64,000 nucleotides of DNA. It comes from Lama guanicoe (taxonomy: Eukaryota). The notes below the pieces were generated by a model. It saw only the letters and a program-made list of their open reading frames with translations. It did no database searches and was not told the DNA's origin. Location of the stretch: the NCBI GenBank assembly GCA_013239625.1, contig MU053482.1:2829168-2893167 (forward strand), in the 5' to 3' direction. Every line of letters begins with the position of its first letter. Position 1 is the stretch's first letter. The position numbers were made by a program, and so were the translations under genes. Positions 12,921 to 25,199 of the stretch are shown here, piece after piece.

Positions 12921-15699
12921 TGCCTCCCTCACAGTTTGCTTAACTAAATAAAGGTGGTTAAGAAAATTATCAATGAATTCAGTAATCCCTGTGTTTAACA
13001 AAAGTGCTGTTTAATTGTCCAAGGCTGAAGTCTAGAGTTCAAATCTAAATCTTCAGCGAGATCGCTGAATCAAACTAAGCACCTACACAGAGATGTTGTT
13101 GACTTTAGAAAACCAGAAACATAATGTTCCTTATTACTAGAGAGTGTATGACCAGGTATTACAAAACCTGAGTTCTAGTCTCAGTTCTGCTAAGTAACCT
13201 TAGTCAAGAAATTCAATCTCTTTGAGCCAGTAGTCACCATCTATAAGATGAGAAGGATGACAATATGGCATCAATAAGGCTGCTCCCAGGACTTTAATTG
13301 GAGGATGTATGAAACCCAAAGGCAGAGAAAGGGGTGCATGTGGGAGAGATTAGTGTCTCCTTTTTGTGCCTTGAGGATTTTGTGTTAATCAGTAACTTTT
13401 CTCATGTTTTTTCTCTATCTGGAAAGCCTTCCAATTGCCGTTTTCCTATCCAAAAGCTGTCCTTATTTTAAGGCCCAGATTACATTTCACTTAATCTATG
13501 AAGTTACTGTAGCACACACTATTCTTTTTAAACTCGTTTGTTGCCTTTACATCTTATTTGTCTGTTAATCATGGCATATTGCTGTGGAATATGTCTTCCT
13601 TTTATAATCTCTAGGGAGTAGGTTAATGTAGAAGAAGAAGTATAGACTTTGAAGATAAATAGATTTAGCTATGTGATCTTAAGCTGGCCATTTATATATA
13701 TAAGTATATATCTTTATATATTTGTTTATATTTATTTATGTGTGTATATATACACACACACACACACTTAATTTTTAAAATAGGTAGCACATTTTTTTTA
13801 ATAGGTAGCTTTTTTTCAAAACTTAATAAAAAGGGGAAGTACAGTGAAAAGTTGTCTTTTGCTCCTGGTCTGCAATCAAACTAGTTTTCCCCTCTGCTGT
13901 GTAGTTTCTTACATATCCTTCTAGAGTTTCTTATTTTTTCCTTCCTATTCCCTTTACATAAAAGATGGCATGCTATACACAGTCTTAGGTATATTTTCAC
14001 TTCATTTATCTTGGAGATCTTTTTAAGTCACTACACAGTGAGTTGCTCATTGTTCTTAACGTTTTATGGATGTACCATAAGTTAGCCATTGGTTGGGAAT
14101 TTTTACTTGGGCAAAGCCCCAAGTAATTTTAAAACTGGAATGACTTTTGAGCCTTATCTGAGGAATATGCTTTTTATTTCTCTAAAACTTATATTTTGTA
14201 ATGTGTTACAGTTTTTAAGCACTTTGCATTCTTTAAGTTGATCCCCACAAAACCTCTTCGGGAGTAGATAATTACTCTGTAGGTTTTACTAGGCTAGTAG
14301 AGAAAAGAAATATCTGTTCAGGATTTTGCTGACTGTGGTGCAAGATTCTTTAATAAAAGCTCCACCGTGCCCTTTTCATGTGCTCTACTACTGGCAAATA
14401 GAGGGTTTGCTTGAGAAACACAGACTGCTTTGTGGGGCTGATAAAAGTCTTCATTACTTCATTTATAACCATTTGTTAATTTACTTCCTTTCCTTTACTT
14501 ACTTCCTTAAAACCAGTAGAGCATGTAGAAAAGGATCTCCACATAATGAAGCTTTGAGAAACAAAACAAATGTAGAAAGAAGATATGCAAATATGCTTTT
14601 TATAGATTAATTTTTAATCTTAAACAATCCTAACTGAAATGTATATAAAGCAGAAAAAAGTGACCTGCTTAAGGAATTGAAAGTGTTCATTGAGTTGAAT
14701 GTGACTCCTTAAGTGATTAAGTGGGTGGCGCTGAGAAAAACAGAGACTATTTTAACCTGGGATTTAGCATCTAATACGATTCTCTGTTAGAGGAAGTACA
14801 GTCTTAGCTATGTAATTTGACCTGTTTAGAATGCACAAATGAAATGGAAGGGATTTAAGTTTTATTTTTAAATTTTCATTTAATGTGAAACAAGATTAGT
14901 ACTAAAATAGTCCAAGCTGCCAACTCAACTACCTGTATGTTAGAGTATGCATTTATTATTGCAAGACCAGAGTGCAAATTTTCTACAAAATATTTTCAAC
15001 CATTTTGGTGACTCCTGAGATATTTTTGCTATTGATTTTTTTTGTATTTCTAAACTGGGCCCTTGGTTTCTTTCTCTTTTTATATTTATACTCATATAGT
15101 TATCCTGAAAGCTTAGCCTAGCATCATAGAATTTTAGAGAAGTTTGGACATTTAGAGATTACTAATTAACATTTGGTATGTTTGTGTATTAACCCGGCCC
15201 TTTATACTGAACAAATGAGAAAACTGAAGCCCAGAGAGGTGGTGGTGGCCTGGGTCAGCTACCTTGTCTAGAACCCCCGGCTACAGCTGCACAGTACTTA
15301 CCAGTTCTTCCTCTTACAGCTCTGATTGACTGGCTCTGCTCTACTCTGGGGAGAAGTTTAATTTTGATCACATTCTCTTGCTCTTTCTCCTCCCCTTTTC
15401 TTTCTAATGTGGGCCAATTAATAGAAGACTACAAGGAGTCTGATAGTCACAAATCTTACATGGAGTCCGGCTCATTGTAGGCACGTAAGAGAGACTTGTT
15501 TGAAGTGAACCAAAACTGGGGAGGGAATGAGAGACTCGTGGGTAACAGGTGGGAAGCTGGCAGCTGAGCAGTGCTCACCCCATATTTGCTAGTTTATTCT
15601 CTGTCTTTCTCTTACCAGGGCAAGGAGCTTGTGTTCGGATGATGAAGGTGCTACGTGCTGGTTAGTGGATGCCTCTAAACTACTCTCTTTCCCCTGTAG

Positions 15700-15840
15700 G
15701 TCCTTTCCCATAACCTGTGCACGGTGCTGAAGGTTCCACATGACCCTGTTGCCCTTGAAGAGCACTTCAGGGATGATGATGAGGGGCCTGTCTCCAATCA
15801 GGGCTACATGCCGTATTTAAACAAGTTCATTTTGGAAAAG
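15700..15840 (+). CDS. SWAP70: SWAP70 coding exon 2 (141 nt, phase 0-0; [47 protein letters not shown])
   Basis: Acceptor ctctttcccctgtag, donor AAG|gtatga. Translation matches the SWAP70 N-terminal region. Exon 1 is not in the window. Confidence 0.97.
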
Positions 15841-17054
15841 GTATGATTCTGATTGTGTTACTGTGTTGTTTGGTTTGCACATTTCCACAGCTCCTAATAG
15901 GGAGTTCATTAAGGAGTTTAGATGTGAAGCATCATGAGATTAGATCAGAAGGGAAAGAAAGAATGAGAGACTGATGACAGTGCTTACTACTTCTCCCTCT
16001 CCTCTACCACCTTCTAAAACTTGGTTTGATATTTTTATAACTTGGCTTATTTTTTAAAATTAAGGACTGTATTTTGTATTAATCTGTACCTGTCTTTACT
16101 CAGGGAGCTTTTTTTCTTTTTAGATTCTGGTTCCACATGTACTAGCAATGACTATTAAAGCATGGGTATGATGAAGTAAAATGGGATGTTAATTATCTTT
16201 ACTATATAGGTATTATGAAGCAAAGTTTTCATCCTAGACTTTTCCAGGTACTGCTTGGGTGTTTCCTCTGGGGTATGGATGAGTAAAGATGCTGCAAAAA
16301 CCTATAATGTGTGTGGAAGCCAAATGTAACCTATTGGCATTTGCTGCCGGATTCAGTTTCTCCCTTGGTTTGGATAATTTAAAATTGACATATTAAAGTG
16401 TTGAATTTAATGTCCTTTTTAAAAAAAATCTAAACTGACGGTACATTTAGTACATTTAGTGTCATCTTTCCATATCATGTATCTTTAGTTTAAATATGAA
16501 AGTAATTTAAGAATGTGCATATATGCATGTGAAGGGTTGGGAATTCTTTGCTTATTTATAACACCAAGCATGAAATTTTTTATTTTATTTCAAAAATGCT
16601 TTTCATAAAGTGACTGATAATACTTTTAAATTAAAAATAAAGTACATTTAAAAAGTCTATTTTGTAATTACATAAATACCATAACTATTAACATATTTTT
16701 CTATGAATTAAAAAAATTTTTATTGCTATTTATATGTATAAATTCTTTTTATAGTTAAGTATCTTTTTATAATAGCAAAGTACAGTAATTAAAATTCATA
16801 ATAATCAAGTTGGTGGTTGGTCAACATTCTTTTTAAAAATCACATGTTTTTCGGAAATTTTGTAGCAAAGATTGTCAAAATTACAGTGTGTTCATTTAGG
16901 TAGTATTTTTTGTACCTATACCTATTATTCCATATCAGCTTCACAATAAATTTTCTGCTTTTTATTTGCTTATGTATATATATTATATATATATATATTT
17001 TTAAGTGTTTTCCCTGCAGAGATGATAACATTGCCTTGATCATGCTTTAAATTA

Positions 17055-17360
17055 GAAAAAATTGCAGAGAATGATACCACACCATCAGCAAACTCTCAAA
17101 AGCCACATATTGTATGGTCCCATTTATGTGAAATGTCCAAAATAGGCAAATGGAATTACAAAGTAGAGTAATAGCTGCCAGAGGCTGAGGGAAAGTGAGA
17201 ATGGTGAGTGACTGTTGATGGGTTTGGGATTTCTTTTTCGGGTGCTGAAAATGTTCTATAGGTAGATAGTGATGATGGTTGCAAAGCCTTGTGAATATAC
17301 TAAAATTCACTAGGGGTGAATTTTATGGTATGTGAATTATATCATGATAAAAAGATTTAA
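17055..17360 (+). mobile_element. Old L1 (L1MB/MC-type) 3' end
   Basis: aaaagccacatattgtatggtcccatttatgtgaaatgtccaaaataggcaaa...ggtatgtgaattatatc. Confidence 0.7.
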
Positions 17361-17544
17361 TCAAATTATACAGAAGCTGATGTGTGAGATTTCAGAATTT
17401 CATAGTATGATGCTGTACTATCTTCTGGAGCTTTTAGGGGCTGCTGTTCTATTCATTTATCAGGTAGCTCATTTGTGTTCTATAGCTGTATTATAAGTAA
17501 ATATGTCTTTATTTTGTTTGTGAAGAAATTCTTTTTATTTAGAA

Positions 17545-17965
17545 AAATTTTCCCCAGCTTTGTTGAGATATTATTGACACTTAACCTATGTAAGTTTAAG
17601 ATATACAACGTGATGATTATAATGTGTATACTGCGAAATGATGACCACAATAAGGTTAGTTGTGTTAACATTACCTCCCATAATTACCTTTTTTTTCTTT
17701 CGTGGTGGTAACTTTGGAGATCTACTCTCTTAACAACTTTCAAGTATATAATACAGTATTGTTAATTATTGTCACAATGCCATGCTCTAGATCTCCATAT
17801 TGATCTTAAAGCTGGAAATTTGTACCCTTTGACCAACATCTCCCCATTTTCCCTCCCTCAGCCACACCCTAGCCTCTGACCATTCTACTCTCTTATTTCT
17901 CTGGGTTCATTCTTCACTATCCTACATATAAGTGAGAACATAACAGTATTTGTCTTTCTCTGTTT
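17545..17965 (-). mobile_element. Older L1 3' end (L1MA9-like)
   Basis: agctttgttgagatat...tctactctcttaacaactttcaagtatataatacagtattgtta...cacatataagtgaga-like. Confidence 0.65.
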
Positions 17966-17978
17966 TAAAGAAGTTCTC

Positions 17979-18235
17979 GGGGGGGGGCGGGGTAGAGGGT
18001 GGGAAGGGATAGACTGGGATTTCAAAATTGTAGAACAGATAAACAAGATTACACTGTATAGCACAGGGAAATATACACAAAATGTTATGATAAATCACAG
18101 AGAAAAAAATGTGACAATGAGTGTGTATATGTCCATGTATGACTGAAAAATTGTACTGAACACTGGAATTTGACACAACACTGTAAAATGATTATGAATC
18201 AATAAAAATGTAGAAAAAAAAAAGAAAAAAAAGAA
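17979..18235 (+). mobile_element. Young 5'-truncated L1 3' UTR fragment with poly(A) tail and 12-bp TSD
   Basis: TSD aaagaagttctc at 17967-17978 and 18236-18247, preceded by tttt (TT/AAAA-type site). Nearly identical to the reverse complement of 23101-23335. Confidence 0.92.
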
Positions 18236-21124
18236 AAAGAAGTTCTCTTAGCCATGAATAGTTACAGCAGCTTCAGAATCCTTGAATTTACCATTTGATA
18301 TTTCTGCGTTAATTTAAATAAAAGTCAAGAGGTTTTGAATACAACCATTTACACTCCATTAATAACCCCTGAGACAACTGGTTAGGATATGATGCATGCC
18401 CAGATCCCAAAGAAGGGGTCAAAATTAGGTATATCCCCCCTTTTCCCTTCCAACACCTGTTTTAATCCAGTTTAAGCCCTGTGACCTGGAAACAAGGCAG
18501 TCAGTTTGCATTGGACCATCAAACCCAAAGGACTCCTTTTCTCTGTGCCTCTAGGACAAAGCCTAGTTCCCTAATTTTTCCCTCTAAAGTGTGTGTTAGC
18601 ACTTGGGCATCGTGGACTTTAAATCAATAAAAACAAAAATTTGTTGTCTTTGCTACTTTTAAAATATAAAAATATGTTTAAAACAGACACTATGACCTCA
18701 TCGTATTTTTACTTTTTAAAAAATTTAAAATAAAAAACAAAAACAATTTGTCCAGTAAATATGTCTTATATTCAGCAAATATTTGATGACCTCCTATGGG
18801 CATGTGTTTAATCTTAAAAATTAAAGACAGTAAGCAGAATTATGTCTGTTACTAAAATATATAGAGCATGCTGAGAAATTCTGAGAAATCTAGAAATTGC
18901 TTTGTTTTCCAGTGCAAGAATTTGTGTGGGCTGGGCTAGTGTGGATAGTCAAACACGTTTTAATATCTTGAAGGTGCTGTACCCTAATGCTGCATTTTGT
19001 TCTCCTGGATGTAACTTTCTTTAAACATCTTGAATTTTTAAGTTTTAAAATGTTCTTTGTTTTTGTATTTTGATATTCAAAAGTTTTGTAGCTGGGGAAG
19101 AAAATAGAGTGGTATTTTAAAAGTCTGAAATTAGACACTAAATTTAGAGAAAAACTTATTCATGGAGTGAGTGAGGATGTGATGAAACAGTGAGCCCTTG
19201 TTTATTATTGCTTAGCCACCTGGAGTGGAATTTTGCCAGTCCTTCAATCCAAATAAAGCAGCCAAGATTTCCGTGGTGTGGGTTTAAATTGAGCAAAGAT
19301 TAGTGACTTGTTTTGAAAGTTGGTTAAAAAAATGCCAATAGCGACTGAAGAATGTTAGCACAAAATTTAAAGATTGTCATCAGTTATGTAAAGAAAACAT
19401 GAAATAATGATGAAACATTTGCATGATGTGGTTTTATATACTGTCTGATTTGATCCTCATGTTTATTTTGCAATGTGTAACTGGAATTCTTATGCTAACT
19501 CAGGAGGAAACAGTGTAAGGTTGCCTAGCTAATAAGGAGTAGATTTTGAACCTAACTGTTTATCTTCTAGCCCAGTGTTTTTTTAATTGTGTGTACTATT
19601 GAGGGATTAATTACTCCCTTCCAAAATTACTATGTTTTTCCAGTTAGTGGGTGTGTAGGGGCAGGGGTGGCATGGTGAGGGAAGGGGTGGAGTGGCTTAA
19701 AAGCCATTCTGACCATCTCAGACTATCTCAGCCTCTGTCTAGTTGCCTTAGCTTCTTTCTCAAGTGTTTTAAGGAGATTCTTTTCTCTTAATTAGTATCT
19801 AGTGTTCCTTAATGTTCATTTTGGTCATTTTCCCCCCAGGTTGTTTGAGAGGTTTTCTGCCTTTGCCTAGAAGAGTTGGGGTTGGGACCAAGAGATAAAT
19901 TATAATGAAACTTGCTTTGTAAAAATAATTTTTTTCCATTTGGTTTCTATATTTGCTTCTTCAGAGAGAATCATTCCTGTTGATCTTCACACTGATAGAA
20001 TTTATTTTCAGCTTTCCTGAGACTTCAGATGATTAATTTGCCTATTGTTCTTGTATCAAATATTTTGCCTCTGCTGAGTGTTAACTTTTTTTTTGCTTGT
20101 TTGTTAAATTCCTTCTTAGTAAAGAATGGAATTCTACAAACATATAGCAAGAATATTTTGTGAGCCTTTTCCACTTCTTTTGGGGAAAGAGACATTATGC
20201 CTGAATTATCTGATGATGAATAATTGAAGAAAGTGGTGGTATATTGTTACCTTTTTACTATTGAGCCCCAGTAGACTACATCGAAAACTAGTTTTGCTTC
20301 AACATGTTTATGAAGCAGTATAAATCTTTCATGAGATTTAATGCCTGTTAGGCTTTTTGGTCCAAATCATTGTCAGTTTTCCCCCTAATTCTGTATGTTA
20401 AAAGTTGGTCTGGGCTATATGATTAAAACCAAGTCTTAATTGGGGAATCTACTGCTTTCTAACATAATCCTTCTGTTTGGTTCTCTTTTGGGGGTGGAGG
20501 GAAACATACATACACACACGCAAACGAAAAACACACAAAAAGAAACATTTTTATTCAATATAATGTTCCTTCTGTAGAGTCTAGCAGTCTCTACCTTCTT
20601 TTTTCTTCAGCTGGACATGATACTTTCTTATCAGATGCTTACTGTTCCTGTGTTAGTTATAGTTCTTCCATAAAGTGAGTTTTTAGATTTCTGGTAGTGG
20701 AATGAATATGTCTTCAGCACTCAAAATGTCAGCAAATGTATGCCTAACAACTATTATTTAATAGGAAGAGGTTAACAAAAAATAATTTAAAAAGATAGAA
20801 AGTGGTACTGCTCTTAAATCTCCAAAACCATGCTTTTGTACGGTTCGTTCTTACTGTCCTTTAGCTTATGTTATTTTTTCTTTCATTGTTGCCTGAAAGT
20901 TACATAGTTTTAATTTAGCACAATGGCCAAGTTGGACTCTACATTTTTATCATGTTTGTGAGTTACACAAGATTGAAGACTTCTGAGTGATTAAAGAGGT
21001 TTCATACTAAAAAAGATAAAAAATAAAAAAATAAAGAAGTTTCATACTGAGAGCTATGGATGACTTACGTCACTGATGCCTTTGGCCAGCAGTGATGTAG
21101 TTTAAAGAAATAATTTTTAAAAAA

Positions 21125-21880
21125 TAACAGCTTTATTGAAATATGATTCAATTGCCATACAATTTAAGTATTTAAAATGTACAATTTGGTTGTTTTCAGT
21201 GTAGTCACTTTTTTTGTGCAGCCATCACTACAGTTGATTTTAGAATATTTTCATTACCCTCCCTCAAAAAAACATACCCGTGAGCACTTACTCTTTTCTC
21301 GCCTCCAAGCCTAGACAACTACTGATCTACTTTCCCTCCCTTTGGCTTTACATATTCTGGACTCATATAATATGACTGGAATCATATAGTATGTGGCCTT
21401 TGTGTCTGTCTTCTTTCACATAGCATCATTTTTTCAAGGTTCATCTGTGTTACAGCACACAACAGTACTTCAGTTATTTTTTATGGCTAAATAGTATTCC
21501 ATTATGGATATACCACATTTTGTTTGCACATTAGTTAGGTGATGGACATTTGAGTTTCTTCCACTTTTTGGTTATTATGAATTCACTGCTGTGTGCATTC
21601 ATGTTCAAGTTTTTGTGTAGTTGTGTATTTTCAGTTCTTTTGGGTATATACTTAGGAATAGGATTGTTGGGTCATGTGGCAACTCTGTGTTTAACCTTTT
21701 GAGGGATTGCCAAACTGCTTTCCAAAGCAACTGTGCATTTTACTTTTCTACCAGCAGTGTATGAGGGTTCTAATTTCTTTATATCCTCACCAACACTTGT
21801 TTTATTTTTTTGATTATAGCCATTTCATGGGTGTAAAGTATATGTATCTTACTGTGTTTTGATTTGCCTCTCTCTGATAA
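21125..21880 (-). mobile_element. Old L1 (L1MB-type) 3' region
   Basis: cagctttattgaaatatgattca...atagtattccattatggatataccacattttg...ttgccaaactgctttccaaag. Confidence 0.75.
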
Positions 21881-22174
21881 TTAATACAAAATACTATTTT
21901 TAAAGTTTCTTTTTTTTATTGTAAAGGTAACACAGGATATTGTTGAAATTAAGGGAAAAAAAGAAACTTATTAAGAAATTATGTATCACCCGTAACTTTA
22001 CCATCTAGACACAGTCAGTCTACATTTTGATGTGTTTGCTTTGAGTCTTTATTTTCTAAAATACGTTTGTATGTATTATTTTTCAAATTGGGATTGTACT
22101 GAACGCTTAACATTAATATTGCCTTTCCTGTCATTAAATTATTTTTTGAAAACTTGAGTATAAAGATAAAAGTG

Positions 22175-22385
22175 CTAACATTTATTTAGCATCTGCTGTG
22201 AATCAGGTACTATACTAAATGTTTTTTTTTTTTGAAGTATACTAAATGTTTTAAATAAGTGTTCTAATTAAGTCCTTATGTCAACTCTGTGAGTTAGGTA
22301 CCATCATTACCACCATTTTAAAGATGAAGAGACTGGGCCTTGGGTTAAATTGCTTGCCTAAGGTCACCCAGCTGCTAAGTGGCTG
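22175..22385 (-). mobile_element. MIR SINE carrying a micro-insertion
   Basis: atttatttagcatct...ccattttaaagatgaagagactg...ttgcctaaggtcacccagct. Confidence 0.65.
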
Positions 22386-23096
22386 TATAATAGTTTTGTA
22401 CCGTGACTTTATAACCATTCCTGTTTTGGTCGACTTTTATTTTATTTTATTTTAATTTTTTTCTGCTCTTATGAAATAATGATTATCCCAGGTAAATCTT
22501 TATCTTACTCTGATTTTCTTGTTAGGATAGATTATTTGAAGTGTAATTATTTTTTTTTAACATTTTTTATTGATTTATAATCATTTTTGAAGTATAATTA
22601 TTAATCAAAGAGTATGAATGGTTTCTGAGAAAGAAGATTCTACGGTCATTTTCTAAAGCAACAAATTAGCCAATTTCTCCGTCTTCTGAGAACTGTCTCT
22701 GTGCCATAAAAACTTTAGCCTTGAACTGGTTTGTGTGAAAATTATAGTTTAGAGAACATGTGAGTTTACTTTTATAAATGCTTTTAGTACTTTGAGTCAG
22801 CATTGAGGTACTGTCTTATTCTTTGTATGTGTGAATTTTGGTGTAAAGCAATTATATGTTAAAAGTAAGAACAACTCGACACATTTCTTTCTAAGAAATT
22901 ATCTTCCATTTGGACATCTTGAACCCACTAGCAGCCATTATTATTAGATGTGAAACTATCAATTTAGTATGTGTGATATAAACTGGGATTTTGGAGCACA
23001 GTTTGTAATTGTAGATGTGATGGAGTATGGAGTACATTTCTAGACCTTTTATAATTAGAACAGATCTAGAGACCATTTCAATTTACAGATTTATTT

Positions 23097-24664
23097 ATTT
23101 ATTTTTTAAACATTTTTTATTGATTTATAATCATTTTACAATGTTGTGTCAAATTCCAGTGTTCAGCACAATTTTTCAGTCATTCATGGACATATACACA
23201 CTCATTGTCACAGTTTTTTCTCTGTGATTTATCATAACATTTTGTGTATATTTCCCTGTGCTATACAGTGTAATCTTGTTTATCTATTCTACAATTTTGA
23301 AATCCCAGTCTATCCCTTCCCACCCTCTACCCACCTGGTAACCACAAGTCTGTATTCTCTGTCCATGAGTCTATTTCTGTCCTGTATTTATGCTTTGTTT
23401 TTGTTTGTTTGTTTGTTTTTGTTTTTGTTTTTTAGATTCCACATATGAGCGATCTCATATGGTATTTTTCTTTCTCTTTCTGGCTTACTTCACTTAGAAT
23501 GACATTCTCTAGGAGCATCCATGTTGCTGCAAATGGCATTATGTTGTCGGTTTTTATGGCTGAGTAGTATTCCATTGTATAAATATACCACATCTTCTTT
23601 ATCCAGTCACCTATTGATGGACATTTAGGCTGTTTCCATGTTTTGGCTATTGTAAATAGTGCTGCTATGAACATTGGAGTGCAGGTGTCATCCTGAAGTA
23701 GATTTCCTTCTGGATACAAGCCCAGGAGTGGGATTCCTGGGTCATATGGTAAGTCTATTCCTAGTCTTTTGAGGAATCTCCACACTGTTTTCCATAGTGG
23801 CTGCACCAAACTGCATTCCCACCAGCAGTGTAGGAGGGTTCCCCTTTCTCCACAGCCTCTCCAGCATTTGTCATTTTTGGATTTTTGAATGACGGCCATT
23901 CTGACTGGTGTGAGGTGATACCTCATTGTAGTTTTGATTTGCATTTCTCTGATAATTAGTGATATTGAACATTTTTTCATGTGCTTTTTGATCATTTGTA
24001 TGTCTTCCTTGGAGAATTGCTTGTTTAGGTCTTCTGCCCATTTTTGGATTGGGTTGTTTATTTTTTTCTTATTGAGTCGTATGAGCTGCTTATATATTTT
24101 GGAGATCAAGCCTTTGTCGGTTTCACTTGCAAAAATTTTCTCCCATTCCGTAGGTTTTCTTCTTGTTTTATTTCTGGTTTCCTTTGCTCTGCAGAAGCTT
24201 GTAAGTTTCATTAGGTCCCATTTGTTTATTCTTGCTTTTATTTCTTCTAGGAGAAAATTTTTGAAATGTATGTCAGATAATGTTTTGCCTATGTTTTCCT
24301 CTAGGAGGTTTATTGTATCTTGTCTTATGTTTAAGTCTTTAATCCATTTTGAGTTGATTTTTGTATATGGTGTAAGGGTGTGTTCTAGCTTCATTGTTTT
24401 ACATGCTGCTGTCCAGTTTTCCCAACACCATTTGCTGAAGAGACTGTCTTTATTCCATTGTATATTCTTGCCTCCTTTGTCGAAGATGAGTTGACCAAAA
24501 GTTTGTGGGTTCATTTCTGGGCTCTCTATTCTGTTCCATTGGTCTATATGTCTGTTTTGGTACCAATACCATGCTGTCTTGATGACTGTAGCTCTATAGT
24601 ATTGTCTGAAGTCTGGGAGAGTTATTCCTCCAGCCTCTTTCTTTCTCTTCAGTAATGCTTTAGC
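23097..24664 (-). mobile_element. Young 5'-truncated L1: ORF2 C-terminus with CCHC knuckle, 3' UTR and poly(A)
   Basis: Open frame 24664->23432 ([19 protein letters not shown]...[18 protein letters not shown]...ICGI*). TSD acagatttattt at 23085-23096 and 24665-24676. Confidence 0.95.
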
Positions 24665-25199
24665 ACAGATTTATTTTTAATTGAGCTAGCATTAAATATT
24701 GAATCCATACCCTTCAGTGGCTTACTGTTGTTTCTAGGTAAGTCTAACACCCATTTCATGGAATTCAAGGCCATGTTCTATTTGGCCTCTGCAACCTCTC
24801 CAGCCTCCTCTTCCTCCTCTCCCCTTCTTGTTCACTTCAGTGCAACCACCTTGGTCTTCCTCAGATTACCAAGGCTCTTCCTGCCACAGAGCCTTCAAAC
24901 ATGCTGCTTCCTCTGTTGTAAGGTTTTCTCCACCCATAACATGCAGCTAATTCCTGTTCATCCTTTAGGTCTTGGCTTTATTGTCACTTCCTCAGGGAGG
25001 TTTCTCCAGGTAGCACCCCACCCACTCCAGGGTTAACCAGCTTTCCTGTAATGTTCGCTTACAGCATCTTGTGCTTTTCCTTCTTACCACAGTTTTCATC
25101 ATGTAGGTGGTAGTTGGTTGTGTTATTGCTGTATAGTTTGATACCTTATTACCTTCTTGGAGTATAAGTTCTGTGATGGCAAGGACAGGTTCACAGATG

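Noticed and set aside
13771..13817. Short duplication of aataggtagc with T runs
   Set aside because: Looks like slippage next to a (CA)n tract; no clear TSD-plus-insert structure
23934..24494. 186-aa plus-strand ORF
   Set aside because: Antisense shadow frame of L1 ORF2, a common artefact
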